NCBI GenBank assembly: GCA_003697125.1
Contig: RFGB01000186.1
Span: forward strand, 1-58,541
From: Alphaproteobacteria bacterium
Lineage (GTDB): Bacteria > Pseudomonadota > Alphaproteobacteria > Rhodobacterales > Rhodobacteraceae
Direction: 5' to 3'
Length of the DNA stretch: 58,541 nucleotides
The notes beneath the pieces are model-generated. The model was given only the letters and a program-made list of their open reading frames with translations, had not been told where the DNA came from and did not search any database. Below, piece after piece: positions 29,281 to 38,397 of the stretch. The number at the start of each line of letters is the position of its first letter. Position 1 is the first letter of the stretch. A program made the position numbers and the translations under genes.

Positions 29281-31371
29281 TCAGGCCTTCGCGATGCGGA
29301 TGTCGCCGTGGCCGAGCACATGGGCGAGATAGCCCGGCGGCAGGAGCGTGGTGGAGTTGTGCTGGATGATCAGCGCGGGTCCCGCGATGCTGTCACCGGC
29401 CAGCAGCTTCATGCGGTCATAGCGGGGGGTGTCGATCTCGCTGCCATCGTCGAAGACGGTGGGGCGGGTGTAGAGCAGCGCATCCTCGGGGTTGCGCCGG
29501 CCGCCTTGCGGCAGATCGGGCAGGGGCAGCTGCTCGACCTCGGCCGAGGCGACGATGCGCAGCGTCACCCCCTCGGTGATCTGGTCGCGGAAGGCGTGGC
29601 CGTATTGCTGGAAATGCACGTCATAGAAATTGTCGATCACCTGCTGGACATTGTCCGGGCCCAGCGGCCCGTCCGGCATGTCGGCGCGCAGCTCGAAACC
29701 CTGTCCCAGATAGCGGCATTCCATGATCCTGCGGAAGCGCCGCGATCCGGGCGGGATCCCGTCGGCGGCAAGCTGGGCGTCGGCCTCGGCGATCAGCGCA
29801 TCGGCCACCGCGTTGATCCGCTGGAACTCCTCCGGCCCCGCCTTGTTCAGCTGGACCAGGATCGACCGGGTGTATTCATACTGCAGATCGGTGACCAGAA
29901 GCCCCATCGCCGCGGTGATGCCCGGCTGCAGCGGCGCGATCACGTCGCGCGCGCCGATGATCTCGGCCAGCGCCACCGCGTGCAGCGGCCCCGCGCCGCC
30001 GAAGCCCATCAGGGTGAAGTTGCGCGGGTCGATGCCCTTGGCGACCGAATTGGCGTTGATCGCCAGCGCCATGTTGTTGTTGATCACCTTCAGGATGCCC
30101 AGCGCCGCATCGCGCAGCGACAGGCCCAGCGGCCGGGCGATGTGCTCCTCGATCGCCTTCTCGGCCAGGCTGCGATCCAGCGACAGATCGCCGCCGAGGA
30201 ACTGTTCGGGATCGAGCCTGCCCAGTGCCACCTGCGCGTCGGTGACCGTCGGCTCGGTGCCGCCCTGGCCATAGCAGGCCGGTCCCGGCACCGCGCCGGC
30301 CGAGCGGGGCCCCACCCGGAAGGCGCCGCCCGCGTCGATATGGGCGATGGATCCGCCGCCCGCGCCGATGGCGTCGATGTCGATCATCGGCACCAGGACC
30401 GGCAGCTGCGCCACCTCGGTGTCGCGGGGGTTCTTGATCCTGAGCTCGCCGTTCTGGATCACCGAAATGTCGGCCGAGGTGCCGCCGATGTCGATGGTGA
30501 TGACATTGCCGGTGTCGCAGTGCCCGCCCGTCCAGCGCGCGCCGATCACCCCGCCCGCGGGCCCCGACAGCAGCAGTCCGATCGGCCGTTCCGAGGAGTT
30601 CTCGACCGTCGAGATGCCGCCATTGGACTGCATGATGCGCACCTGCGCGTCGATGCCGTTGGCGCGCAGCCGGCCCTGCAGGCTGCGCAGATAGCGCGCG
30701 GTCTTGGGGCCGATATAGGCGTTCATCGCCGTCGAGCTGAAGCGTTCGTATTCGCGGATGACGTTCACCACCTCGGAGGAGGCGCAGACGAACGCATCGG
30801 GCAGGATCTCGCGCACGATCTCCTTGGCGCGCAGCTCGTGATCCGGGTTCAGGAAGCTGAACAGGAAGCAGACGATCACCGCATCCAGCCCGCGCCGCGC
30901 GAAGAGTTCGGCCGCCGCGCGCACCTCGTCCTCGGCAAGCGGCACCTCGATGCGCCCGTCGGGGGGCATGATCCGTTCGGTGATCGGCAGGCGGTTGCGC
31001 CGCTTGACCAGCGGCCGCGACTGCCAGGGCACGTCGAACTGCAGGCTGAAATTGTGCGGCCGCTTGTGGCGGGCCATGTGCAGGATGTCGCGGAAGCCCC
31101 GGGTGGTCAGCATGCCCACCTCGGCGCCGTTGCGCTCGATCACCATGTTGGTGGCGACGGTGGTGCCATGGAACACCATGTCGATCTCGCCCGGTTCCAC
31201 GCCCGCCAGCCGGCAGACCTGCAGGATGCCGTTGACCACGCCTTCGGACTGGTCATGGGGGGTGGAGGGGACCTTGGTCACCACCACCTGCCGGCCGTCG
31301 CCGCCGGCGCGGGTGCGTTCCAGCACGATGTCCGTGAATGTTCCGCCGACGTCCACCCCGACCCTGATCAT
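29281..31371 (-). CDS. hyuA: Hydantoinase A / oxoprolinase family subunit (N-methylhydantoinase A-like, ATP-dependent)
   Basis: MIRVGVDVGGTFTDIVL... is the Hydantoinase_A N-terminal ATPase fold. The internal ATG was chosen because the 71-aa track extension is Arg/Ala junk. Confidence 0.9.
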   Translation of the reverse strand: MIRVGVDVGGTFTDIVLERTRAGGDGRQVVVTKVPSTPHDQSEGVVNGILQVCRLAGVEPGEIDMVFHGTTVATNMVIERNGAEVGMLTTRGFRDILHMARHKRPHNFSLQFDVPWQSRPLVKRRNRLPITERIMPPDGRIEVPLAEDEVRAAAELFARRGLDAVIVCFLFSFLNPDHELRAKEIVREILPDAFVCASSEVVNVIREYERFSSTAMNAYIGPKTARYLRSLQGRLRANGIDAQVRIMQSNGGISTVENSSERPIGLLLSGPAGGVIGARWTGGHCDTGNVITIDIGGTSADISVIQNGELRIKNPRDTEVAQLPVLVPMIDIDAIGAGGGSIAHIDAGGAFRVGPRSAGAVPGPACYGQGGTEPTVTDAQVALGRLDPEQFLGGDLSLDRSLAEKAIEEHIARPLGLSLRDAALGILKVINNNMALAINANSVAKGIDPRNFTLMGFGGAGPLHAVALAEIIGARDVIAPLQPGITAAMGLLVTDLQYEYTRSILVQLNKAGPEEFQRINAVADALIAEADAQLAADGIPPGSRRFRRIMECRYLGQGFELRADMPDGPLGPDNVQQVIDNFYDVHFQQYGHAFRDQITEGVTLRIVASAEVEQLPLPDLPQGGRRNPEDALLYTRPTVFDDGSEIDTPRYDRMKLLAGDSIAGPALIIQHNSTTLLPPGYLAHVLGHGDIRIAKA

Positions 31372-31417
31372 TCCGCGTCTCCTCCCTGCGTCTGTCCCGT
31401 CGGCGGACCGGCGGGGT

Positions 31418-32518
31418 TCAGCCCATGTCGGGCACGATGGTCGCCCGTTCCGATCGCCAGCGCAGCGCCACCCGGGCGCCGGGTTCCATGCCTCTTCCCG
31501 CGATCCGTTCGCGGTGGGTCTCGATGCGCACGCTCTGCCGGTCGTCGAGGCGCACGCTGACATAGGCCAGCGGGCCGACCGCATCGATGCCGGTCACCGT
31601 GCCGGCGATGCTGTCCTCGCCCTCCTCGGGCGTGCTGTCCGGCGCCTCCAGCTTGACATATTCCGACGGCACCACCACCAGCGCCGGGCTTCCGACGGTG
31701 GCGGCGTCCGAGACGGCGACGCCGCGCAGGCGGCCGAAACGGGTCTGCACCGCGGCGGTGCCGGCGCCGGTTTCGGCCAGGGTGCCCTCGATGATCTTGT
31801 TGCGCCCGATGAAGCGGGCGACGAAGGGCGTGCGCGGACGGGTGTAGAGATCGAAGGGCGCCGAGATCTGCTCGACACGGCCGGCATTCATCACCACCAC
31901 GCGATCGCCCATCGACAGCGCCTCGGACTGGGCGTGGGTGACGAAGACGAAGGTGATGTTCAGATCGCGCTGCAGGATCTTCAGCTCCTCCTGGATCGAC
32001 CTGCGCAGATTGGCGTCCAGCGCGCCCAGGGGTTCGTCCAGCAGCAGGATCTCGGGTTCGGTGACCAGCCCGCGCGCCAGCGCGAGGCGCTGCTTCTGGC
32101 CGCCCGACAGCGACGCTTCCCGCGCATCGGCGACGTCGCCCAGCTCCAGCTTCTCGATCATCGCCTCGACACGGCGGCGGATCTCGGCCGCGGGCAGACG
32201 GCGCACCTCCAGACCGAAGGCGATGTTCTCGCGCACCGTCATGTGCGGGAAGATGGCGTAGTTCTGGAAGATGGTCGCGGTAGGCCGCTTCTCGGTGGGA
32301 ACCCCGGTCATGTCCTGGCCGCGGATCATCAGCCTGCCCGAGGTGATGCTCTCCAGCCCCGCGATCATGCGCAGGGTGGTGGTCTTGCCGCAGCCCGACG
32401 GCCCGACGAAGGAGATGAACTCGCCGCGCTCCACCTGCAGGTCGAATCCCTCCACGGCCACGGTGCCGCCGGGATAGACCTTGCGCAGCTTCACGAGTTC
32501 CAGGTCATACGCAGCCAT
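31418..32518 (-). CDS. ABC transporter ATP-binding protein (PotA/MalK-type), second NBD of the operon
   Basis: 366 aa with Walker A GPSGCGKTT, signature LSGGQKQR and a C-terminal TOBE-like domain. Confidence 0.9.
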   Translation of the reverse strand: MAAYDLELVKLRKVYPGGTVAVEGFDLQVERGEFISFVGPSGCGKTTTLRMIAGLESITSGRLMIRGQDMTGVPTEKRPTATIFQNYAIFPHMTVRENIAFGLEVRRLPAAEIRRRVEAMIEKLELGDVADAREASLSGGQKQRLALARGLVTEPEILLLDEPLGALDANLRRSIQEELKILQRDLNITFVFVTHAQSEALSMGDRVVVMNAGRVEQISAPFDLYTRPRTPFVARFIGRNKIIEGTLAETGAGTAAVQTRFGRLRGVAVSDAATVGSPALVVVPSEYVKLEAPDSTPEEGEDSIAGTVTGIDAVGPLAYVSVRLDDRQSVRIETHRERIAGRGMEPGARVALRWRSERATIVPDMG

Positions 32519-32579
32519 CGCGGGTTCCCTGTCGCGTGGGGCGGGAAGGGGCGCGCGCGCCCCTTCCCCGTGGTCTGGG

Positions 32580-33803
32580 TCAGGCCGAGAGGAACTCGTC
32601 CCACTTGGCGATCAGATGGTCGTATTCGTCCGGCCACTGGTGCCAGTACTTCACATGCGCGGCGCGCTCCTCCAGGCTGCCGCCGTCGCGCACGTCGCCG
32701 GGCTGGATGCCGCGCTCGGGCGGACCCTGCCAGGGCTTGCCCTCGTACCAGAAGGCGTATTTCTCGGGCGGCATCACGTCCTTGATGTTGGTCGTGGGCG
32801 AGTAGTAGCCCTGCTCGGACACGATGATCGCCGGCGGCCCCGACAGCCAGTAGTCGGCATAGGCGTGCACCGCCTCGACATTGGGCGAATTGGCGATCAG
32901 GCTGATGCCGATCGACCAGGCGCGGTAGCCTTCCTTCGGCACGGCATACTTGCAGGGCACGCCCTGGGCCTTGACCGCCATCACCGCCGGCTGCCAGGCA
33001 TCGGCGAGGATCATCTCGCCCGAGGCAAGCAGGTTGACCAGTTCGCCGAAATCGCCCCACAGGGCGCGGAACTGGCCCTCCTTCTTCTTCGAGATCAGGA
33101 ACTTGGCCGCCTCGTCGATCTCCTCGACCGTCGGGTTGCCCGGGTTCTTGTTCTCCAGCATGCCCATCGAGGTCATCGCCAGCACCGCCTGGCCGAAGGC
33201 GATCAGCGGATCGACGTTCAGGCCGGTCTTGCCCTTGAACTTGGGATCGAACAGCGCCGTCCAGGTGTTGGCCTCCTCGTCCGAGACCAGGTCGGGCCGG
33301 TAGCCGATCGAGTCGAAGTTGAAGACGGTGGGCACCATCCACAGCAGGGTCTTGGCCTCGTCGGCCCAGATCTGGCCCGAGATCTGCGCCCGCGGCTCCA
33401 TGCGCGGATCGGTCTCGGTGAAGATCGGGCGGATGTTGGCCCAGTTCTTCAGCGCGCTGGTCGGGATCGGCTTGATCGTCTCGGTGATGATCACCGCAGG
33501 CAGGCGTTCGCCGATCGTCTCCCAGCAGTCATAGGCGGTCGAGCCCGACAGGAGCTCGGTCTGGGTGTTGGGGAAGATGTCGGCCTTGCCCGACACCGCG
33601 CGCACGCCCGACTTGGCCTTGAAGTCGTTCAGGATCCGCTCCTGCACCGTGACCGACAGGCCGACGGTGCGCAGCTCCTGATCCGACAGCGCCGCCCGGG
33701 CCATGCCGGGCCACACGAGGCCCGAGGAGGCGGCCAGCGCCCCGGCCCCGCCGAGGAAGCCGCGCCGCGTGGGGTGCAGCAGGCTTGGGTGAAGGATCTT
33801 CAT
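32580..33803 (-). CDS. PotD/PotF-type periplasmic substrate-binding protein with Tat signal
   Basis: 407 aa. MKILHPSLLHPTRRGFLGGAGALAASSGLVWPGMARA carries a twin-arginine motif (TRRGFL). Confidence 0.88.
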   Translation of the reverse strand: MKILHPSLLHPTRRGFLGGAGALAASSGLVWPGMARAALSDQELRTVGLSVTVQERILNDFKAKSGVRAVSGKADIFPNTQTELLSGSTAYDCWETIGERLPAVIITETIKPIPTSALKNWANIRPIFTETDPRMEPRAQISGQIWADEAKTLLWMVPTVFNFDSIGYRPDLVSDEEANTWTALFDPKFKGKTGLNVDPLIAFGQAVLAMTSMGMLENKNPGNPTVEEIDEAAKFLISKKKEGQFRALWGDFGELVNLLASGEMILADAWQPAVMAVKAQGVPCKYAVPKEGYRAWSIGISLIANSPNVEAVHAYADYWLSGPPAIIVSEQGYYSPTTNIKDVMPPEKYAFWYEGKPWQGPPERGIQPGDVRDGGSLEERAAHVKYWHQWPDEYDHLIAKWDEFLSA

Positions 33804-33849
33804 GTCGTGTCTCCCTGATCTGGTTGGTGGTGTCTGTCGTCCCGCCGGC

Positions 33850-34602
33850 CTAGTAGCGGCCGACGACGAGTCCCCCGTCCACGGTGATGGTCTGTCCGGT
33901 GAGGTAGCGCGCCCCGTCCGAGCACAGGAACAGGATCACGTCGGCGATGTCCTCGGGCTCGCCCACCCGGCCCATGGGGATGAAGGCGGCGGCGGCCTCC
34001 AGCCCCTCCGGGCCGAGGCTGTGCTCGCGCGACAGCGCCTGGGCGGTGCGCACATAGCCCGGGGCCACGCCATTGACGCGGATGCCGTCGCGGGCCAGCT
34101 CCACCGCCAGCCCGCGCACCAGTCCGACCACGCCCGACTTGGCGGCCGAATAGTGCACATGCTGGTCCCAGCCGTAATTCGTGCCCATGATCGAGGACAG
34201 GCAGACGATCGCGCCGCCGCCGGCGCGGCGCATCCCCGGCACCGCCGGGCGGATGACGCGGATCATGCCCTTCAGGTCCACCTCGAAGGTGTGGTCCCAC
34301 TTCGCGTCGGTCAGCTGGTCCAGCGGCACGCGATGGGCGATGCCGGCGTTGCAGACCACCGCCCCCAGCGGGCCATGGGCCGCCTCGACCGCCGCGACCA
34401 CGGCCTCGGCCGCGGCGGTGTCGGTGACATCCAGCGCGTGGAACTGAGCACTGCCGCCCGCCCCGGCGATCGCCTCCGCCACCGCCGCGCCCTCATCCTC
34501 CAGCACATCGGTGACGACCACATGCCAGCCCGCGCGGGCGAAGGCGTGGGCCGTGGCCCGGCCGATGCCGATTCCCGCCCCGGTGATCAGGACCGTCTTC
34601 AT
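33850..34602 (-). CDS. SDR-family oxidoreductase
   Basis: MKTVLITGAGIGIGRATA...YSAAKSGVVGL. The ATG at 34602 overlaps the upstream SDR stop (ATGA). The 377-aa track ORF is an artefactual extension. Confidence 0.88.
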   Translation of the reverse strand: MKTVLITGAGIGIGRATAHAFARAGWHVVVTDVLEDEGAAVAEAIAGAGGSAQFHALDVTDTAAAEAVVAAVEAAHGPLGAVVCNAGIAHRVPLDQLTDAKWDHTFEVDLKGMIRVIRPAVPGMRRAGGGAIVCLSSIMGTNYGWDQHVHYSAAKSGVVGLVRGLAVELARDGIRVNGVAPGYVRTAQALSREHSLGPEGLEAAAAFIPMGRVGEPEDIADVILFLCSDGARYLTGQTITVDGGLVVGRY

Positions 34603-35345
34603 AGCATCACGTCCCCCGAATTCGGGCCGAGCGTCTGGCCCACATAGATGCGCGCATCCTCGCTGGCCAGGAAGGCGACGGTGGCCGCCACGTCCTCGGG
34701 CTCGCCGAAACGGCCCAGCGGCAGTTCCGCCGCCTTGGCCGCGCGCCATGCCTCGGACAGGCCCAGCACCAGTTCGGTGTTGATCGGGCCGGGCGCCACC
34801 GCGTTGACACGCACGCCGCGCTTGGACAGTTCGCGCGCCAGCGACTTGGTCAGTCCGATGATGCCCGCCTTCGCCGCGGCATAGTGGGCCAGTTCCACCG
34901 CGCCGATCTGGCCCAGCTGGCTGGCGATGTTGACGATCACCCCGCTGCCGGCCGCCAGCATGGACGGAACCGCGCGGCGGCATCCCAGGAAGCAGCCGCG
35001 CAGATGGACGGCGATCATGCGGTCCCAGTCCGCGGGGGTGATGTCGGTGAATGGCCGCTGCTGCAGGAAGCCCGCATTGTTCACCAGAAGCGTCACCCGG
35101 CCCCAGGCCGCCTCGGCGGCGGCGAACATGGCGTCGATGTCGGCTTCCCGGCTGACATCCCCGGGTGCGGCGATCGCGCTGCCGCCCGCGGCGGCAATCT
35201 CGCCCGCGACCGACTGCGCGGCCTCGGCGCGCAGGTCGTTGACCGCCACCCGCGCCCCCTCGGCGGCAAGGCGCAGGGCGATCGCCCGGCCGATGCCGCC
35301 CCCCGCGCCGGTGACCAGCGCGGCATGGCCCGACAGGCGGCTCAT
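34599..35345 (-). CDS. SDR-family oxidoreductase
   Basis: MSRLSGHAALVTGAGGGIGRAIA...YAAAKAGIIGL. The ATG overlaps the permease stop (ATGA). Confidence 0.88.
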   Translation of the reverse strand: MSRLSGHAALVTGAGGGIGRAIALRLAAEGARVAVNDLRAEAAQSVAGEIAAAGGSAIAAPGDVSREADIDAMFAAAEAAWGRVTLLVNNAGFLQQRPFTDITPADWDRMIAVHLRGCFLGCRRAVPSMLAAGSGVIVNIASQLGQIGAVELAHYAAAKAGIIGLTKSLARELSKRGVRVNAVAPGPINTELVLGLSEAWRAAKAAELPLGRFGEPEDVAATVAFLASEDARIYVGQTLGPNSGDVML

Positions 35346-36199
35346 GCGATCTCCTCCTGGATGCCGGTGGCGCGCATCCTGGCGCGCCGCACCGACAGCG
35401 CCATCAGGATGCCGTAGACCGACAGCAGCGCGAAGCTGAACAGCGTGGTCAGCACGCCGAAGGCGAACAGGTTGGGGTGAATCTCCACCGCGAAGGTGCC
35501 GTAGATGGCGATGGGCATGGTCACGTCCGACCCGGCGGTGAACAGCGTGCGGGGAAATTCGTCATAGCTGAGCGTGAAGGCGAACAGCATTGCCGACAGC
35601 ACGCCCGGGAAGATCATCGGGAAGGTGACCTTGCGAAAGGTGCGCGCCGGCGTGACCCCCAGCATCCAGGACGCCTCCTCGACCGAACGGTCGAAGCGGT
35701 TGAAGATGGCCAGCATCACCAGGAAGGCGAAGGGATAGGTATAGACCACGTGCAGCACGAAGGCCGTGCTCCACCAGTTGCGGTCGATGCCCAGATTGTT
35801 GGCCAGAAGCGCCATGCCCAGGCCCAGCAGCACGCCGGGCACGATCATGCCCAGCACCACCAGATAGAACACCAGGCCCGATCCGCGGAATCGTTCCCGG
35901 AACGCCTGGGCGGTCAGCGTGCCCAGGACGGTGGACACGACCATGGTCGCGAAGGCGAGCGTCAGCGAGCGCACCAGAGCCTCGCCGATCGGCAGCGGCG
36001 CCACGCGCGACGGCGGCGCGAAGCCCAGCACATGCCGATACCAGTAGGTCGACCATTCCAGGATCGGGAATTGAGGCCCGCCCTCGGGTCCCTTCTGGAA
36101 GGACAGGATGCCCATCACCACGAAGGGACCGTAGAGGAAGGCGATGAACAGCGCGGTATAGACCGCCAGCCCGCCGCGCAGGAACTTCAGATGATGCAT
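35342..36199 (-). CDS. ABC transporter permease (PotC-like)
   Basis: 285-aa polytopic membrane protein of the PotC/binding-protein-dependent family. Confidence 0.88.
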   Translation of the reverse strand: MHHLKFLRGGLAVYTALFIAFLYGPFVVMGILSFQKGPEGGPQFPILEWSTYWYRHVLGFAPPSRVAPLPIGEALVRSLTLAFATMVVSTVLGTLTAQAFRERFRGSGLVFYLVVLGMIVPGVLLGLGMALLANNLGIDRNWWSTAFVLHVVYTYPFAFLVMLAIFNRFDRSVEEASWMLGVTPARTFRKVTFPMIFPGVLSAMLFAFTLSYDEFPRTLFTAGSDVTMPIAIYGTFAVEIHPNLFAFGVLTTLFSFALLSVYGILMALSVRRARMRATGIQEEIA

Positions 36200-36209
36200 C
36201 CCCGCCCCC

Positions 36210-37088
36210 TCACAGCTCGCGCCGCAGATTGACCACGCGCAGCAGCAGCGTGACCACCAGCGCGGTGACGATGGTCAGGATCACCCCGGCCACCGCGGCG
36301 AAGGCCCATTTCAGGCTGCCCACCTGGGTGACGATGATGTTGCCCAGAAGGTTCACCTTGCGCCCCGACAGCGCCGATGCGGTGGCGAATTCGCCCAGCA
36401 CCATCACCGAGACGAAGATCGCCCCCACCACCACGCCGGGCAGCGACAGGGGCAGCAGGATCCTGCGGAAGATCGTCCAGGCCGATGCGCCCAGGTCGCG
36501 CGCCGCCTCGATCAGGCTGGGATCGATGCGCGCCAGCATGAAGGCGATCGGCCCGACCATGAACACGACATAGATCTGCACCATGCCGATGATCACCGAC
36601 AGTTCCGAGAACAGGAGCGCCTCGATCGGGGCGTCGATGATCCCCAGCTTCATCAGCACGATGTTGATCGCCCCCTCCTTGCCCAGCATCGGCCGCCAGG
36701 CCAGCACGCGGATCAGGAACGAGGTCCAGAACGGGATCACGCAGGTGACCAGCAGGACGGTCTGCACCGTCTTGTCGCGCACGAACTGGCCGATGAACAG
36801 CGCGGTGGGATAGCCGATCAGCAGGGTGATGACGAGGACGGTGAGCCAGATGCGCAGCGTGCGCAGAAGCGCCTCGACATAGGTGGTGGAGGAGAAGAAC
36901 GCCTCCCAGCTCTTGGTCGTCAGGTCAGGCTTGATCGCGAAGGTGGTCTGCGTCCAGAAGCTGACATAGACCATCATCGCCAGGGGCAGGACGAGGAACA
37001 GCAGCATCCAGATCACGCCCGGCGCCAGCAGCAGCAGCTGGCGCCTGCGGGCGGCTGCGCCCTGGGTCACGCTCGCGGCGGCCATCAC
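36210..37088 (-). CDS. ABC transporter permease (PotB-like)
   Basis: 292-aa membrane protein. The start is GTG 37088 or ATG 37085, either one coupled to the upstream stop. Confidence 0.88.
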   Translation of the reverse strand: MMAAASVTQGAAARRRQLLLLAPGVIWMLLFLVLPLAMMVYVSFWTQTTFAIKPDLTTKSWEAFFSSTTYVEALLRTLRIWLTVLVITLLIGYPTALFIGQFVRDKTVQTVLLVTCVIPFWTSFLIRVLAWRPMLGKEGAINIVLMKLGIIDAPIEALLFSELSVIIGMVQIYVVFMVGPIAFMLARIDPSLIEAARDLGASAWTIFRRILLPLSLPGVVVGAIFVSVMVLGEFATASALSGRKVNLLGNIIVTQVGSLKWAFAAVAGVILTIVTALVVTLLLRVVNLRREL

Positions 37089-38173
37089 GCCCTCCCCCCC
37101 TGCGCGGCGTCGACGCGCCGCCCGTCCTCGCCGAACAGATGCGCCGCGGCCGGATCCCAGTGCAGCACCCGCGCCTCGCCCTGGGCGAAGCGCAGCGGGT
37201 CGGACTGGCTGAGATGCCGCTCCACCTCGATGATCCCGCCATCGCGGCGCTGGAAGAAATACAGCACCCGGCTGCCCAGGAATTCGGCGGTCACGAATCG
37301 GCCCTCGATCGCGGGCCAGCCCTCGGGCGCCTGGTCGCCGATCTCCACCGCGTCGTGGCGCACCGCATAGGCGCGGGCATGCACGCCGGCGGGCAGCGGC
37401 AACCTGTCAGCGCCCGAGACGAAGGCGCCGTCGCGCGTCTCGCCCTCCAGCAGGTTGTAGGCATTGACGAAACGCGCCACCCGTGCGGTGGCCGGGCGGC
37501 CGAACACCTCGTCGGGCGGGGCAACCTGCACCGCCCGGCCGCCATCCAGCACGATCATCCGGTCGCCCATGGCCAGCGCCTCGGCCTCGTTGCCGGTGAC
37601 ATGCAGGAACGTCACCCCCAGCGTCTCGCGGATCCGGCGCAGCTCGACGGTCATCCGCTCGCGCAGATTCGCATCCAGCGCCCCGAGCGGTTCGTCCAGC
37701 AGGCAGATCCTGGGTTCGGTCACCAGCGTGCGCGCCAGCGACACGCGCTGCTTCTGCCCGCCCGAGATCTGCGACACCATGCGCCCGCCAAGGCCCGAAA
37801 GCCCCACCAGATCCAGCATCGCATCCACCCGGCGCCCCAGCTCGGCCGGGTCGGTGACCGGATCGACCAGCCGGTTGGCCAGACCGAAGCCGACATTCTG
37901 CGCGACCGTCATGTGCGGGAACAGCGCATAGTTCTGCTGCACGAAGCCAAGGCCCCGCAGATGCGCCGGCTTGTGGGTGATGTCCTCGCCATTCAGGAGG
38001 ATGCGGCCGCGGTCGGGGCGCTCCAGCCCGGCGATCAGCCGCAGCAGGGTCGACTTTCCCGAACCCGAAGGCCCCAGCAGGGTGAGATACTCGTCGTCCG
38101 CGACCATCAGATCCAGATCGGCGATCGCCGGACGGCCGTCATAGGACTTCGACAGCCCCCCGATCTCCATCAT
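37085..38173 (-). CDS. ABC transporter ATP-binding protein (PotA-type), first NBD of the operon
   Basis: 362 aa with Walker A GPSGSGKST and signature ISGGQKQR. Confidence 0.9.
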   Translation of the reverse strand: MMEIGGLSKSYDGRPAIADLDLMVADDEYLTLLGPSGSGKSTLLRLIAGLERPDRGRILLNGEDITHKPAHLRGLGFVQQNYALFPHMTVAQNVGFGLANRLVDPVTDPAELGRRVDAMLDLVGLSGLGGRMVSQISGGQKQRVSLARTLVTEPRICLLDEPLGALDANLRERMTVELRRIRETLGVTFLHVTGNEAEALAMGDRMIVLDGGRAVQVAPPDEVFGRPATARVARFVNAYNLLEGETRDGAFVSGADRLPLPAGVHARAYAVRHDAVEIGDQAPEGWPAIEGRFVTAEFLGSRVLYFFQRRDGGIIEVERHLSQSDPLRFAQGEARVLHWDPAAAHLFGEDGRRVDAAQGGRA

Positions 38174-38353
38174 GCGGCTTCGCCCCCCCGCGCCTGATCA
38201 GCCGAACCCATCGCTCACTCCCCCGCAAAACTGTGCGCCTTGTGCGCAAAAGTCAAAACAAAATCCGCCCCCTGCCCGAAAATCCCGACATCCGGCGGTC
38301 GACCGTTGCCAGACACCCCCCGGATGCGCCATTCTCGCCCCATGCCGAGCGGT

Positions 38354-38367
38354 CTTCGTCTACGAAG
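38354..38367. promoter_or_regulatory. Candidate GntR/FadR-type operator CTTCGT-CT-ACGAAG
   Basis: Perfect 6+6 palindrome with a GT-N-AC core, 31 nt upstream of the GntR gene ATG, in the 224-nt divergent spacer. Confidence 0.4.
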
Positions 38368-38397
38368 TGCATTTCGCGCGCTGCCGGGCCGGGGGTC

